A DNA stretch of 63,448 nucleotides, filler included, from Octopus bimaculoides (lineage: Eukaryota): NCBI RefSeq assembly GCF_001194135.2. It is 4 parts of 4 records of this genome, joined end to end, with 100 filler letters (N's around TTAATTAATTAA, not from the genome) between each part and the next. Parts side by side here need not be neighbours in the genome. Positions count along the whole stretch, not along the records: positions 18,298 to 26,375 come from NC_068984.1; positions 26,476 to 56,852 come from NC_068989.1; 2 more parts are not named here. The stretch is one strand, 5' to 3'. Under the pieces are notes generated by a model. It saw only the letters and a program-made list of their open reading frames with translations. It had not been told where the DNA came from and ran no database searches. Made by a program: the position numbers and the translations under genes. Positions within the stretch are counted from its first letter, which is position 1, and the number at the start of each line of letters is the position of its first letter. This document shows positions 21,337 to 35,010 of this stretch, piece by piece.

Positions 21337-22625
21337 CATCATCATTATTATTATTATTATATACCATCATCATCATTATTTAGTAGTCTTATTCTCATTG
21401 CTTGCTTTTACTATGCTACTGAGTGCAGCTCTGTGTGCCTTGAGCACAGCACTAATTTGATCAGAAAGTATGCATTTAGTATGTGCATTGGGTATAACAT
21501 TAATTACATTGGCGAATCATTTNNNNNNNNNNNNNNNNNNNNNNNNNNNNNNNNNNNNNNNNNNNNNNNNNNNNNNNNNNNNNNNNNNNNNNNNNNNNNN
21601 NNNNNNNNNNNNNNNNNNNNNNNNNNNNNNNNNNNNNNNNNNNNNNNNNNNNNNNNNNNNNNNNNNNNNNNNNNNNNNNNNNNNNNNNNNNNNNNNNNNN
21701 NNNNNNNNNNNNNNNNNNNNNNNNNNNNNNNNNNNNNNNNNNNNNNNNNNNNNNNNNNNNNNNNNNNNNNNNNNNNNNNNNNNNNNAAGGAATTAAATGA
21801 AATAGAGTAATAATATATTATTTAACGGAGATGTACTTGCATAGCAAGTGACCTGATCTGAGATCGTGTGCTGGAACAATGCAGCACAATTTTGTCAGTG
21901 GACAGGTCGCGGTCTCAAAGCGACGAAAATATTTTGACAAATTAAATTTAAATGTTGAAGTGAATCTGACGGCTTTTGTGTTATTTTAAATGGCTTATAA
22001 ACACCTTCCACACAGCAATTGATATTATTTAACGTTCCAAAACAATATAACATTGGTTTCAAATTTTAGCACAAGGTCAGAAATTTTGAAAGAGAGAGTA
22101 AGTTGATTACATTGACCCCAGTGCTCAACTGGTACTTATTTTATCAATCCCAAAAGAGTGAAAGGCAAAATTGACCTCGGTGGAGTTTGAACTCAGAATG
22201 TAAAGAGGAACAAAACACTGCTAAGCATTTTGCCCAGGTGTGCTAACAATTCTACCTGCTTGCTGCCTTACTAAACAATACACATTGATATTCAAATTTG
22301 AAGTTTTGCTCTATATAATTTCCATTGCCATTCTAAAATGTAGCTATGTTAATTAGGTATGACAATTCAGAGTTAAAAAAGTGGGTTGTGAAGACTAATG
22401 TGTAATGCTATTTTCTACTTTTCAGAAAGTGTGTGAAGCTTCTGCATATGGGAATTGAAACAGAGGTACGAACTTAATTTACAACTAACTTGCTTTTACA
22501 CTTCAAACAGTCACATTTCTATACAAAAATAGCAACTTAGGAGTATTAATTTGCAATCAATACTTCCACCATATAGTTTTTAGATGTTTCTATTTGTGAC
22601 AGTTTATAGCAATAATTCCCATTTG

Positions 22626-22715
<90 letters not shown>

Positions 22716-23077
22716 GAAGAAGAANNNNNNNNNNNNNNNNNNNNNNNNNNNNNNNNNNNNNNNNNNNNNNNNNNNNNNNNNNNNNNNNNNNNNNNNNNNN
22801 NNNNNNNNNNNNNNNNNNNNNNNNNNNNNNNNNNNNNNNNNNNNNNNNNNNNNNNNNNNNNNNNNNNNNNNNNNNNNNNNNNNNNNNNNNNNNNNNNNNN
22901 NNNNNNNNNNNNNNNNNNNNNNNNNNNNNNNNNNNNNNNNNNNNNNNNNNNNNNNNNNNNNNNNNNNNNNNNNNNNNNNNNNNNNNNNNNNNNNNNNNNN
23001 NNNNNNNNNNNNNNNNNNNNNNNNNNNNNNNNNNNNNNNNNNNNNNNNNNNNNNNNNNNNNNNNNNNNNNNNNNNNN

Positions 23078-23365
23078 GCTCAGATACCAGGAAACCCCAA
23101 AATGGCTGAAGTTCAAAAGATAGTGCTCATGGGAACTGCCCATATCCTACGTAAAATACTGTCTATGTGATCTCAAATTTTAAAGCAAACACATAATTTT
23201 CTTATGGTTTCTTAAACATTCACTTGAACAAAACTGTACAAATCCAAATATATGGTACCCTAGGCATAACACCTTCATGAACTTCTAACTTGTTGTCTCT
23301 TGAGGTCTCTGGGTGAGACTTGGATCCAACTTGTACAAATGCAAAACAAAAGTCAAACATAAAAT
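23078..23365 (+). mobile_element. R4-type 3' fragment (same family as 61480-61960)
   Basis: AQIPGNPKMAEVQKIVLMGTAHILRKILSM* plus a shared 3' UTR and (TAA)n. Confidence 0.75.
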
Positions 23366-23899
23366 AATAATAATAATAAGTGTTATCACGTACATTGTTT
23401 TGTCTTGGTATAAAAGATGGGCTACAGCAAATATTCTGCTCAAATTCACAGATTTGCTTGTCAGTTTCTTGACTATAACCAGTTGAGCATGTCCCTTAGT
23501 GGCTGACGATATGTGCATCTCTCACCACGAGCAGAATTAGTGGGGAGCATCATAGACATGTGTTGAGAGGAATTTTGGGGGGTTTGGATAATTCACCTTT
23601 GGAAATATGGGAGTTTCGTTCAACATGCATAAACAACCCTTATTCAGGGACCTTTTGAGCAGGATGGGCTACTCAAACTGAGAAAAATTCTAACTGGATT
23701 CCACCTGCAAGGTCATGCACTATTTATCTTGATATGAGATCACCATGTCGCACACATATGGTTGTGATGCATATGTCTGGTGTACCCTTATCAGATGGGT
23801 AGTCATGATGGGTATACTGGGCTTCGCATATTTTACACCAGTGTCACTTTGATGGCATGCACTGCTCTCTCACTCAATAATAATAATGATGATGATGAT

Positions 23900-23932
<33 letters not shown>

Positions 23933-25069
23933 AATAATAAGCTTATAATGTGCAGAAAGAGACCCTGTGAGACCTCTGACAACAGGTTGCTGTGTGCCCT
24001 CACAGAATCAACCAGAGCAAACAAGACTGAGTGCCCTGAGAAGTAAAACAATAATAATACAAGTACAATAACCAAGTGTCGCCTTAATCTACTGGTTGTA
24101 GGCAACTAACACTTTCCATCATATCCAGCAACATAAGCTGACGTTTTTATCAAATAATAATACTAGTAGTAATAACAATATGTGATGCATGTACCTGGTG
24201 CACCCTTATCAGACGGGTACTCATGATGGTTATATCAGACTTCATATATTTGTACCCTTGTGTCACTTTCATGGCATGCACTGCTCTCTTACTCAATAAT
24301 AATAATAATAATAATAATGATAATAATTTATGTTTACTTTTTTATTTTTTCCTTTTTCTCTCTGTCAGATGTAAAGGACTTTTCAAGAAGAAATTAGCAA
24401 AACTGGGAGGGAGGTTTATGTAGAATTGATTGTGAAAAGAAAAAAGCAGGCATACTAAACAAAAGTTCCATGGAAGAAGATATCTCAATAGGTGTATGTT
24501 GGTGGAGAGCCACTTAGAACCAATCTAGAAACTCCACAGATTTAGGATTGTCCTAACAACTAAGAGCATGAAACCCATTCTGTGTCCTCATACATACAGT
24601 CATATGGTGAGAGGAGGTCCAACCGTGCAACCATTCTCACCACTTTCATCCACTTCCCAGAAAATTCCCTCACTTTCTTCTCTAACCGGATCTTGAAGAA
24701 GTTGATAAAGGCTTAGCAGAAAAAAGAGTCGGTCTTCAAATAATACTGGTAACATTAAGCTGTGAGAAAATATAGTAAGAAATCTGTTAAATCTATATTT
24801 AGCACCTAATACCTATATTTAGCAGGAAATCACAATGAAAACCAATAATATGAGCAGGAAAAATGTTCACCCAATTTATGTAGATCAATAATAAAGGTTA
24901 TTACTTGATGTACTCTGTCTTTTCTAGGTCAGAATAACTTTACGTTGGCTTGGACATAGAAGATATTATACAGTCATGAAATATAAGTATGAATAAGTCT
25001 ATATGAATTTATGAATGCAATAAGTGTTTTCTATTATAAGCTCAATAGGTGGATTTGGTAGACAGAAAC

Positions 25070-25301
25070 GGCAGCGAGCTGGCAGAAACGTTAGCATGCT
25101 AGGTGAAATGCTTAGCAGTATTTCATCTGTCTTTACGTTCTGAGTTCAAATTCTGCCGAGGTCAACTTTGCCTTTCATCCCTTTGGGGTCGATAAATTAA
25201 GTACCAGTTATGCACTGGGGTCGATGTAATCGACTTAATCCCTTGTCTGTCCTTGTTTGTCCCCTCTATGTTTGTCCTCTTGTGGGCAATAAAGAAATAA
25301 G
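25070..25301 (+). mobile_element. SINE family B nested inside a family C SINE fragment
   Basis: The flanks GTGGATTTGGTAGACAGAAAC ... AGAGACTGAAAGAAGCCC rejoin to give the family C sequence. Confidence 0.75.
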
Positions 25302-26344
25302 AGACTGAAAGAAGCCCTTAATTTGTACATCTATGTGTGTGTGTGTGTATGTGTGCATGAATGTGGGTGTGTGTATGTGTGTGTAAATGTGTGCGTCTGG
25401 GTGAGTGTGTTTGTGTAGCATTGTGCGATTGTTGTAAATGAGTGTTACTGTTATACAAGTGGTGTCACTCTATTTTCAAACTTCCACTAAAACACAATCT
25501 ACCTACAGGTTAAATATCACCTTGCTATATTTATTAACCCATGCAAGAATGGAAAAGAAGACGTTAAAATAACGATATTGATGATGATGATGACAACAAC
25601 GACGACGAGAAATAAGTGAAAAAAAACAGTAAAATGGATTAGAATTATATTAAGACAGGAATTGTCTCCATAAAAAAATGCAAAACTATATAAGATTTAA
25701 TGTAAGTGAATTCATTTGGGAGTAAAATATAGATAATGAATGCAGAAGATGTAACTTAGATGTGTAGTGTTTGCTAATAATAAAAATTCAGTTTAGGTGC
25801 AGGCATGGCTGTCTGGTTAAGAAGACTGATTCACGACCAAATGGTTCCTGGTTCAAGCCTGCTTTATGACACTTAGGGCAAGTGTCTTTTGCCACAGCAT
25901 CAAGCTGACTATTACCTCGTTAGTGGTATGAGATTGCATGAGGTTGCATGCAGCCTATATACTCTACTATTACTCATTCTATACCCCCAGTTAGCATTCC
26001 CTCACCCCTGGGACACATATCTTTGATATTCTTAATTTGCTCTCACCATCCACTCACATCTACATCTATCCATAACTCTACTACTTCAAACCAATCACTG
26101 CTTCTACCATCACAGTCTTCCTCCATTCACCCACCCGCCTGTTTTTTTTTTCTCCTAGCATTCACTGGATCTCTTATCTCCTTCTTCAGCCACATGAATG
26201 AATGAGTGAATGAATATATCACAAAGAAAAGAGATTTCTAATCTTATGGGGTACAAAGCACTATAAAATCCCCCCCACCACCACCACCAGGACATTCCAT
26301 AATGTAATTGGCAAATGTACAGAGATATGTGTGTGCGTGTGTGG

Positions 26345-26375
<31 letters not shown>

Positions 26376-28094
26376 NNNNNNNNNNNNNNNNNNNNNNNNN
26401 NNNNNNNNNNNNNNNNNNNTTAATTAATTAANNNNNNNNNNNNNNNNNNNNNNNNNNNNNNNNNNNNNNNNNNNNGTATGCTGCTATATTTCATGTTGAG
26501 AACAATTTAGGTCTTAATAGACACAAGATGTGATCTATTTCTAGCGCATTAATTGTCCACGTTAGTGGTCGACGTTATTTTTTTAAAATGTACCTTAATC
26601 CTCTGAGATTGCAGATAATATTTCTGAATCTCTTTGATTCTTTAGATGTGCTGGCCTCCTGATAATTAATCGATATTAATTAATATATGAATAATTACCA
26701 GATTTTATAATCATATATATATATATATATATATAATATATAAATAAATAATATATAAATATATGCATATATCCATACATATATGTACATACCTACATAT
26801 GCACTCTTCTACTATCTTTTCTCTGTCTTTCTCTCTCCCTGTCTTGTTCCTTTCTGTTTTTCTCTCCCACCCTTTCCCTATTCTTCTCTCAATTTCATAG
26901 TTCCCTCTCTCTCTCACTCATCCTCCTTGACTCTCTCATCGCTGACACATGACGAAGGGGGATCTCTCTTTCAGTCCACTTCCTTCCTAAAGAAAAGACG
27001 TGCCTTTTCCTGTCTTCTCTCATGGCTCGTTTACCTAGCGTTCATAATAATTTTTTCTATCGTTTTGGCTCAACAGCCCTCACCGTTTGTTTTTACTGTC
27101 TTGTTCTCACTGTCCTCTTCTTGTTAACACTTTCACTCTCCGCAAAAAATGCCAAATTTTATTTACTTTGCTTTGCGGAAAGGACTGTTTCAACGAAGTC
27201 GCGTATTGTCCTTGCCTTAGAAACGCAGAGTAGATGAAACTCGAAGCAACTGATGAAGGGGTATACTCTTTATGTTGCATGTCTCATTTCTTTGTTTTTT
27301 TCGTTGTTCGAAAAAACGTTCGTTTTCTATGTTTTCGTTTTTATGTTTTCGTTTCTCATTGTGTTTAACGTTTTTTGATGTTCTGTACCCTTAGATGCAT
27401 GTATATTTACAAATATATGTAGGTATGTACATATATGTATGGATATATGCATATATTTATATATTATTTATATTATTATATGATCGAACGCTACGCATCC
27501 TTTTCCAAGTAAGTTATATATATATATATATATATATATAAGCAAATGTATGTCTGTTATATATTATGCACATATACGACTATTTGTTAAAGTAACTATG
27601 AGCACATGCTTATTTTGTGTGTGTGTATTTACACATATATTTTTTTTACGAATACATCATCTCATTATTGTATGCAAGTGAATTTTTGTTTGTAGGAAAT
27701 ATAATTGGATGACACTAAGTTATTTAAAAACGAAATCAACTTCGTTCATACATTAATGAAGCAGCCATATCTTTTATTACAAGACTAATAACTGTCTGCG
27801 CATGAAAGCTTTGAGTAATTTTTCCATTCTTTTCAGTTATCTCATTACACTCTCATACATACAAACATACACACACATGCAGACACACATAGTGCTAATA
27901 CTGTATTGAAATAAACGTTGATAAAATTACGTATATACCTAACCCACCACTGATCCAAGAATAAGTCATATAATAGTCCACATATCTAGTTTCATTAAAT
28001 ATAAAAATAGAGCTAAAAGCTACATACCACTAGCAGATATGCTCTTCCTCAGTCAACATCACCATACAAGAATTTATATACATATATACACTAG

Positions 28095-28470
28095 GTGGCG
28101 CAATAATTACTAGACCATTTCAAAATGTAACTTTGTTGTTCATTAAATATTCAGATTCATTATTTTGTAAACAATAAATACATTTCTTGGTAAACATTTT
28201 TCATTAGTTTTGAATATTATGTCCTTTCAAATGGCTATCATTTCGTTCTTGACAATGGTAAACTCTTTCTAAGTAGTCTTCCACGACCATTTGTAATGCT
28301 GTTTTTCTTTTTTTCTTATTCCTTCAATTTCTTCGCCTTAAACTACCGGATGGTCTAAAGATTGTTATGGCATATTTTGTCTTTCAGATATTCACAAATG
28401 AAAAAGTCTGTAATCATTAAATCAGGCGAGTGTGAGGGCTAATTGAATTTAGAGATTCTTAATCTGGGGA
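28095..28470 (-). mobile_element. Tc1/mariner transposase C-terminal fragment
   Basis: The minus strand reads SPHSPDLMITDFFICEYLKDKIC...LQMVVEDYLERVYHCQERN..HLKDIIFKT* (decayed SPDLxPxDFFLWGYLK motif). Confidence 0.7.
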
Positions 28471-29743
28471 GTATACACTAATGATGCCGGATAATCTGAT
28501 GGCTTCAGTTCCTGCACTAGATGCATTATATATGGGAATATATTCAAAACCCTGTAAGTCCTCTATAGCAAGTTGCGGGGCATGTCCAACTACTGAAACC
28601 GCCATCGGGTTGATGTTGGAGTCACTTCAGTGCTCGACTGCACACGCTGAATGTTGTTCTAAGATCTCCCTGAATGTTGTCTTCCAACATCTAGCAAATC
28701 AATCACAGCCTCCTGTTCAAGGTGCTGGAATAAGTTGAGTATCCCTTGTTTTGATGGTAGTTGTCTGACCTGATATTAACGAATGTAAGTTATATAGGCT
28801 AGCACGATTGGGCGTTGATTTTTGCAGATAAAATTCATCTTTACTTGTTGCTTTGTCGTGAATTTCTCTTTTATTATTTTCCAAGAATTACATATCTATA
28901 ATCTGAAACAAAAACTGTAAAAAAAAAAAAAAAGGAGAAACTAGTAAAAATGTTAGTTGCGTTTACAATAGTGTAATGACTTTTGACAGGATAATAAAAC
29001 AAACATAAAAAATGGAAAATCAATTGAAAAATCTAAAGCCTGTATAAGCTTGCCAACGACCTACCTTCAGATCATTTGAAGTGGAACTGTGCCTATGGCC
29101 AAGTGACTGACAATGCGACGTGTACCATTAATTTAACCATTCATTTCCTTGTTAATTATATTTTCATTTGTTTCATAATAATTTTAACGTATTGTTGTTT
29201 GATTATTTGTTTCACATGTATTTAATTTCCTAATACTTTAACTGTATAACACATTTTATCCATTTCGTCGCCTTTGTGTAATTATGTTGTTGCAACCCAT
29301 CTGCCTTTGTAAGAACCCAATTTTGGGGAGGAGATATGTCGATTACATCGACTCCCGGTGTTTCACTGATATTTAATATATCACCTCAGAAAGAATGAAA
29401 GACAAAAATCGACATCGGTAGAATTTGAACTCAGAACATAGCGGCAGACGAAATACCGCTAAGAATTTCGCCCTGCGTGCTAACGATTCTGCCAGCTCGT
29501 CGTCTTCAACAATAATAATAATAATGATAATAATCCTTTCTCCTATAGGCACAAGGCCTGGATTTTGTAGGGAAGGGGACAATCGATCACATCGACCTCA
29601 GGACTTGACTGTTATTTAAATTATCGACCCGGAGAGGATGAAAGGCAAAGTTAACCTAGGCGGAATTTGAACTCAGAAAGTAGTGACGAAATACCGCTAA
29701 ACATTTCGTCCAGTGCGCTAACGATTCTGCCAGCTCGCCGCCT

Positions 29744-29915
<172 letters not shown>

Positions 29916-30424
29916 AATATTAATAAGATATATTTACACGCATATATCTGTGAATATAATAATATTTCTACAAATAGATTAAAGTACAACGAAAATATCT
30001 TTTCATACATATATCCACATACACACACATCCGTATATACATATATCCGTGTGTGTGTGTGTATGAGTATGAATATACACTTATACAGATATGTACTCAT
30101 GTATATATGAACGTTATTATGTAGTAATAATACAAATAAGTATTTTATAAATGTAATGAAACTGATTCGCCGCTTATTTTGCATACGTATGCATAAAAAA
30201 CACAACACATAATGAGGAACAACAAGTATATTTGCGTGCAAGTGCTCGCCCGTGTGTGTATGAGTTTCTGATTGAAGGAAGTTAAAAGTTTATTTATAAG
30301 AAACAACGAAACTACAGGAAAATAGAAAGAAAACAATGAGGGTGAAAACTAATAAAAGCATTGTGAGATGTGATGAAAGACGAAAATTTTAAAAATGAAT
30401 ACTCGGTTATGCATATACACATGC

Positions 30425-30461
<37 letters not shown>

Positions 30462-33400
30462 GTATATATANNNNNNNNNNNNNNNNNNNNNNNNNNNNNN
30501 NNNNNNNNNNNNNNNNNNNNNNNNNNNNNNNNNNNNNNNNNNNNNNNNNNNNNNNNNNNNNNNNNNNNNNNNNNNNNNNNNNNNNNNNNNNNNNNNNNNN
30601 NNNNNNNNNNNNNNNNNNNNNNNNNNNNNNNNNNNNNNNNNNNNNNNNNNNNNNNNNNNNNNNNNNNNNNNNNNNNNNNNNNNNNNNNNNNNNNNNNNNN
30701 NNNNNNNNNNNNNNNNNNNNNNNNNNNNNNNNNNNNNNNNNNNNNNNNNNNNNNNNNNNNNNNNNNNNNNNNNNNNNNNNNNNNNNNNNNNNNNNNNNNN
30801 NNNNNNNNNNNNNNNNNNNNNNNNNNNNNNNNNNNNNNNNNNNNNNNNNNNNNNNNNNNNNNNNNNNNNNNNNNNNNNNNNNNNNNNNNNNNNNNNNNNN
30901 NNNNNNNNNNNNNNNNNNNNNNNNNNNNNNNNNNNNNNNNNNNNNNNNNNNNNNNNNNNNNNNNNNNNNNNNNNNNNNNNNNNNNNNNNNNNNNNNNNNN
31001 NNNNNNNNNNNNNNNNNNNNNNNNNNNNNNNNNNNNNNNNNNNNNNNNNNNNNNNNNNNNNNNNNNNNNNNNNNNNNNNNNNNNNNNNNNNNNNNNNNNN
31101 NNNNNNNNNNNNNNNNNNNNNNNNNNNNNNNNNNNNNNNNNNNNNNNNNNNNNNNNNNNNNNNNNNNNNNNNNNNNNNNNNNNNNNNNNNNNNNNNNNNN
31201 NNNNNNNNNNNNNNNNNNNNNNNNNNNNNNNNNNNNNNNNNNNNNNNNNNNNNNNNNNNNNNNATATACACACATGCATATACTCACTGACACGCATAGT
31301 TAATTGATAGAAATTTAATTAGACAAAGAAACTGATAGACACAAAATTAGATGGTAGTAATGATATGTTAAATATATAAATTTCGTAATATCTATATAAT
31401 CATATGTTCAAGCGTGAAACTGCAATTTTCCAAAATTGCTCGTACTCAAGTAGTATTTTACCAGACACCTTACTGTCATAGTTCATTCATGAGTGGAGAG
31501 GAGGCGAATGTTGCTATTTATAGAATAAGTGTGAGAAATATTTTCCCACGGTATCGCTCATTCAGCAACACAAATACATTACTACGACGTGGATAAATGA
31601 ATATATATAGATAAATTATGTATCGAACGAAAACTTTGATTGGTAGGTGTTGAAACAGGAGACCTTAAAGCGATCAATCAGTATATGATATTGAATATTT
31701 ATGAATCGTTTACATTGATAGCTTTCACAAGGTGTTCACGTGAGCCTTTTGTCCTTATTTCATTCTTTTTGTTTTTCTCAACCTCATCGCTCTCGCTCAG
31801 CTAATTTCTTTTTCTGTTTTGTTTCTTTCTCTCACTCACTCACTCACACAATCACACACTCACTCACTCACTCATACACTCACTCATACACTCACTTACT
31901 CACTCGCTCGCTCGCTCACTCACTCACTCACTCAATCTCACTCTCCCACCTCTCTCTCTGAGATTTATTGTGACGTTGTCTTCTACGCGCTGAGAAAAAA
32001 AGTTAATTTCCTGTCATAAATTTTGTTAAAATAATAACAATAAATATTTAATTTAATATTTCATGATAATAGTAGTACTAGTAATAATAATCTTTTCTAC
32101 TATACACACAAGGTCTGAAATTTGGTAGGAGGAAGATAGACGATTACACCACTTTCAGGACTTCACTGGTACTTATTTTATCGATCCCGAGAGAACAAAA
32201 GGCAAAGTCGAGCCGGCAGAATTTGAAATCAGAACGTAAAGATGGAAAAGCATTTTGTACGGAGGGCTAACGATTCTGGTATCCGACTTTATAATGGCTT
32301 TCAGTCTGGACACAAGGCTATCAATTTTCGAGGGACGGGGAAGTCGATTAAATCGACCTCAGTACTCCTGAAAGGATGAAAGACAAAGTCAACCTCGGTA
32401 GCATTTGAACTCGGGAGATAGGGGAAGTAGAAGAGATGCCACTAAGAATTTTATAGGGCGCAGTTATTATCGAGCAATATTCATCAAGTCCTGCTTCTGG
32501 AACCGATGTGAGATTTTGCATCAATTTGTGGAGAGGTGACTTGATGAAACTGGGGATGTTACTACGAAAATAGTGGGCAGGACTTGCGCTTTTTTTTCAT
32601 ATTTGGCACACTCAATCATTTTTCTGTTTTCAAAATTCTCTTGCAGAAAACTATCCAGGTGTGTTTTACTGCTACATGACTTTCTATCCTGCATCATCAC
32701 TATGACCTTTAACACAGCATCCTCATCGAATTATAGCTTTAAAATGACCTTGTGTCAGGATGTCATATGAATTTTCAAGTGAATGCTGACCACGCCTCTC
32801 CACATATATTTCTGTTTGTTTTATAATTATCACCCGCTTATATTTCCTGAGAAAGGTGAAAACCATTGAATTCATGTCACAAACTGTCTTCCGAATTATC
32901 CCTTTTCAATTATGCTGCATTGCTCTTCATATCTATGAGTGTATTTCGCGCACAATTTCTTCCAGATTTTAAGTTTCATACGCGCTTTCATATGAGAAGT
33001 AGGTTGTGTTACAGCTTTTGCTATACTATATGAGCAGGATACTTGTCTAGACATCTGATAGAGACTCCTTTATCTGGTCGTTAGAGGAAAGACAAAAAAG
33101 ACTATCAATTAGCTTTCTCCTTGTCTGGTCCAGAATGAATTCATTATGCTACAAAATGAATTCGTGAATAAGTTTCGGTTTGTACTTCTTGTATATTGAG
33201 TGTTTGAATATTTGAAGCAATTATGTAGATTTAGTAAAATTGGCAGAAACACATCTATTTGTGCATTTCTCGTTGTTGTATTTGTGTATCACAGTGTTAT
33301 CATTTCTTTTGTCGTTGCTGTGTCGCCGAGCGACGTCTCGATTACAGTTATGCAGTCACTCATTTCATTTTGTGTGAAACTTCAAGGTTTGCCACTTTTT

Positions 33401-34269
33401 AAATATGCACGTAGGGATTTTAAATCAGATGTCATTTCTTTGTGGCTTTGTGTGCGTGGAAATGTTTTCTGAAATGTTTGTTGGTTGGCTTAACGTTTTT
33501 ATCAATGAAAATAAAACATAATAAAAAATGTTCAAATAAAGAATTATTTAGCAAATACTAAATGAATAAAGAAAAATGCGCCTTGTAAAAGTGAGGCATA
33601 GGCGTCAGAAACGTATGAAAATAGTAATCCAATTACAGAAAGTGTTGGTATCCAAACAACGTTAAATCAAATCATGAACAAAGGAAACAAAGTGGTTTAT
33701 ATATCTCCTTTTCTTTGTTTTTCTTTTTTTTTTTTTACAAAAATGGGTCGAGAATTAATTGAATAAAAAACTGAACTCGCCTCGTAAACATGCTTATACA
33801 TGCAAACTATCATCCAGTTTTGAAAATTAATATCCACAAACCTGTAATCCCTGATATCTGTACTCTGTATGAACCACCACGAACAGCAACAACGACGACG
33901 ATGACGACGATGCTGATGGTGATCTTCTAATATTGATAATAACAGTAATAACGATGAACAGACCTGGATTGATAAATATAAGGACATGAAAACTGAAGTA
34001 CAAATGATGTAGTATCTTAAAGTGAAAACTGTTCCAGGTACTGTAGGTATCCATAGCATGATAAAAATATATGCCAGAAACATCTAGAAAACATCTCAGG
34101 AGAACTATATATCAAAGAAATGCAAAGGTTTGTGTTTACAAGTATTGACCTTATCTTTAGAAAAACCATATCAACTTAAATGTTTCTATTGAGTTGTATT
34201 AATGTATTTCTGCACTACCCTCACCATCTTTCCTCCTTGAACTGTCAATTATATCTAAATATCGTTTAA

Positions 34270-35010
34270 TCTTTACTTACCCAGCAAAACCGGAAACGGA
34301 GGCTCTAATCTGTGCTGCCTAAGAGCAAGCAGTAAGAACAAACTACATAAAATACAGAATAGACAACACATCAGAAAGTGATAAGTGCAGAATCTGTGGA
34401 CAGAACGGTGAAACCGTATAGCATACTACCGTCAATGTACGCCACTAGTCCAGAAGGAATATAAGAGACGCCACGACAATATAGCTAGGCTTGTCCATTG
34501 GACACTTTGCAACAAGTATGGACTTGACAGAGCGAAAAATTGGTACGACCACAGACCTGAAGGCATCGTCGAAAATCGAAATGCAAAGATCCTATGGGAT
34601 TTTATAATTCAGTACGGCCATGAGGTTGAGAATAGGAAGCCAGTCTTAATTGAGAAAGAAAGCAAACTATACTAGATCATAGATATAGCATGTCCAGCTG
34701 ACAACAAGTTATGCGATAAGGAAGAAAGAAAAGTCGAGAGATATGACAAGTTAGCTTGGGAAGTTAAGCAGTTGTGGTCGATAAAAAAGGTAGCAGTAGT
34801 ACCAATAATTGTCGGAGCCCTGGGAACAGTGATAAATAATCTCGAGAAGTACGTGGAACAAATAGGGGTTGCAATAAGGGTGCAGCACTTGCAGAAAACA
34901 GCACTGCTTGGAACCGCTCGAATACTCCGGATGGTGCTCGAAAATAAGAAGTGTTACCTTAGTTCACTGGTAGTGAAGAGCTGACACTGTAGTGTTAGAA
35001 GCGTTAGAGG
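34270..35010 (+). mobile_element. R4/Dong-type (RLE) non-LTR retrotransposon, 5'-truncated
   Basis: KPETEALICAA..CRICGQNGETV*H (zinc knuckle)..KILWDF..RKP..IIDIACPADN..VVPIIVGALG..LQKTALLGTARILR; ends in a (CAA/TAA)n run. Confidence 0.85.

Noticed and set aside
914-25925. tRNA-like heads as tRNA genes
   Set aside because: All are the 5' parts of multi-copy SINEs and none forms a complete cloverleaf.
28470-28905. Semi-open minus-strand frame after a ttttgtttcag acceptor
   Set aside because: It has several stops and no recognisable motif, so it cannot be supported as an exon.
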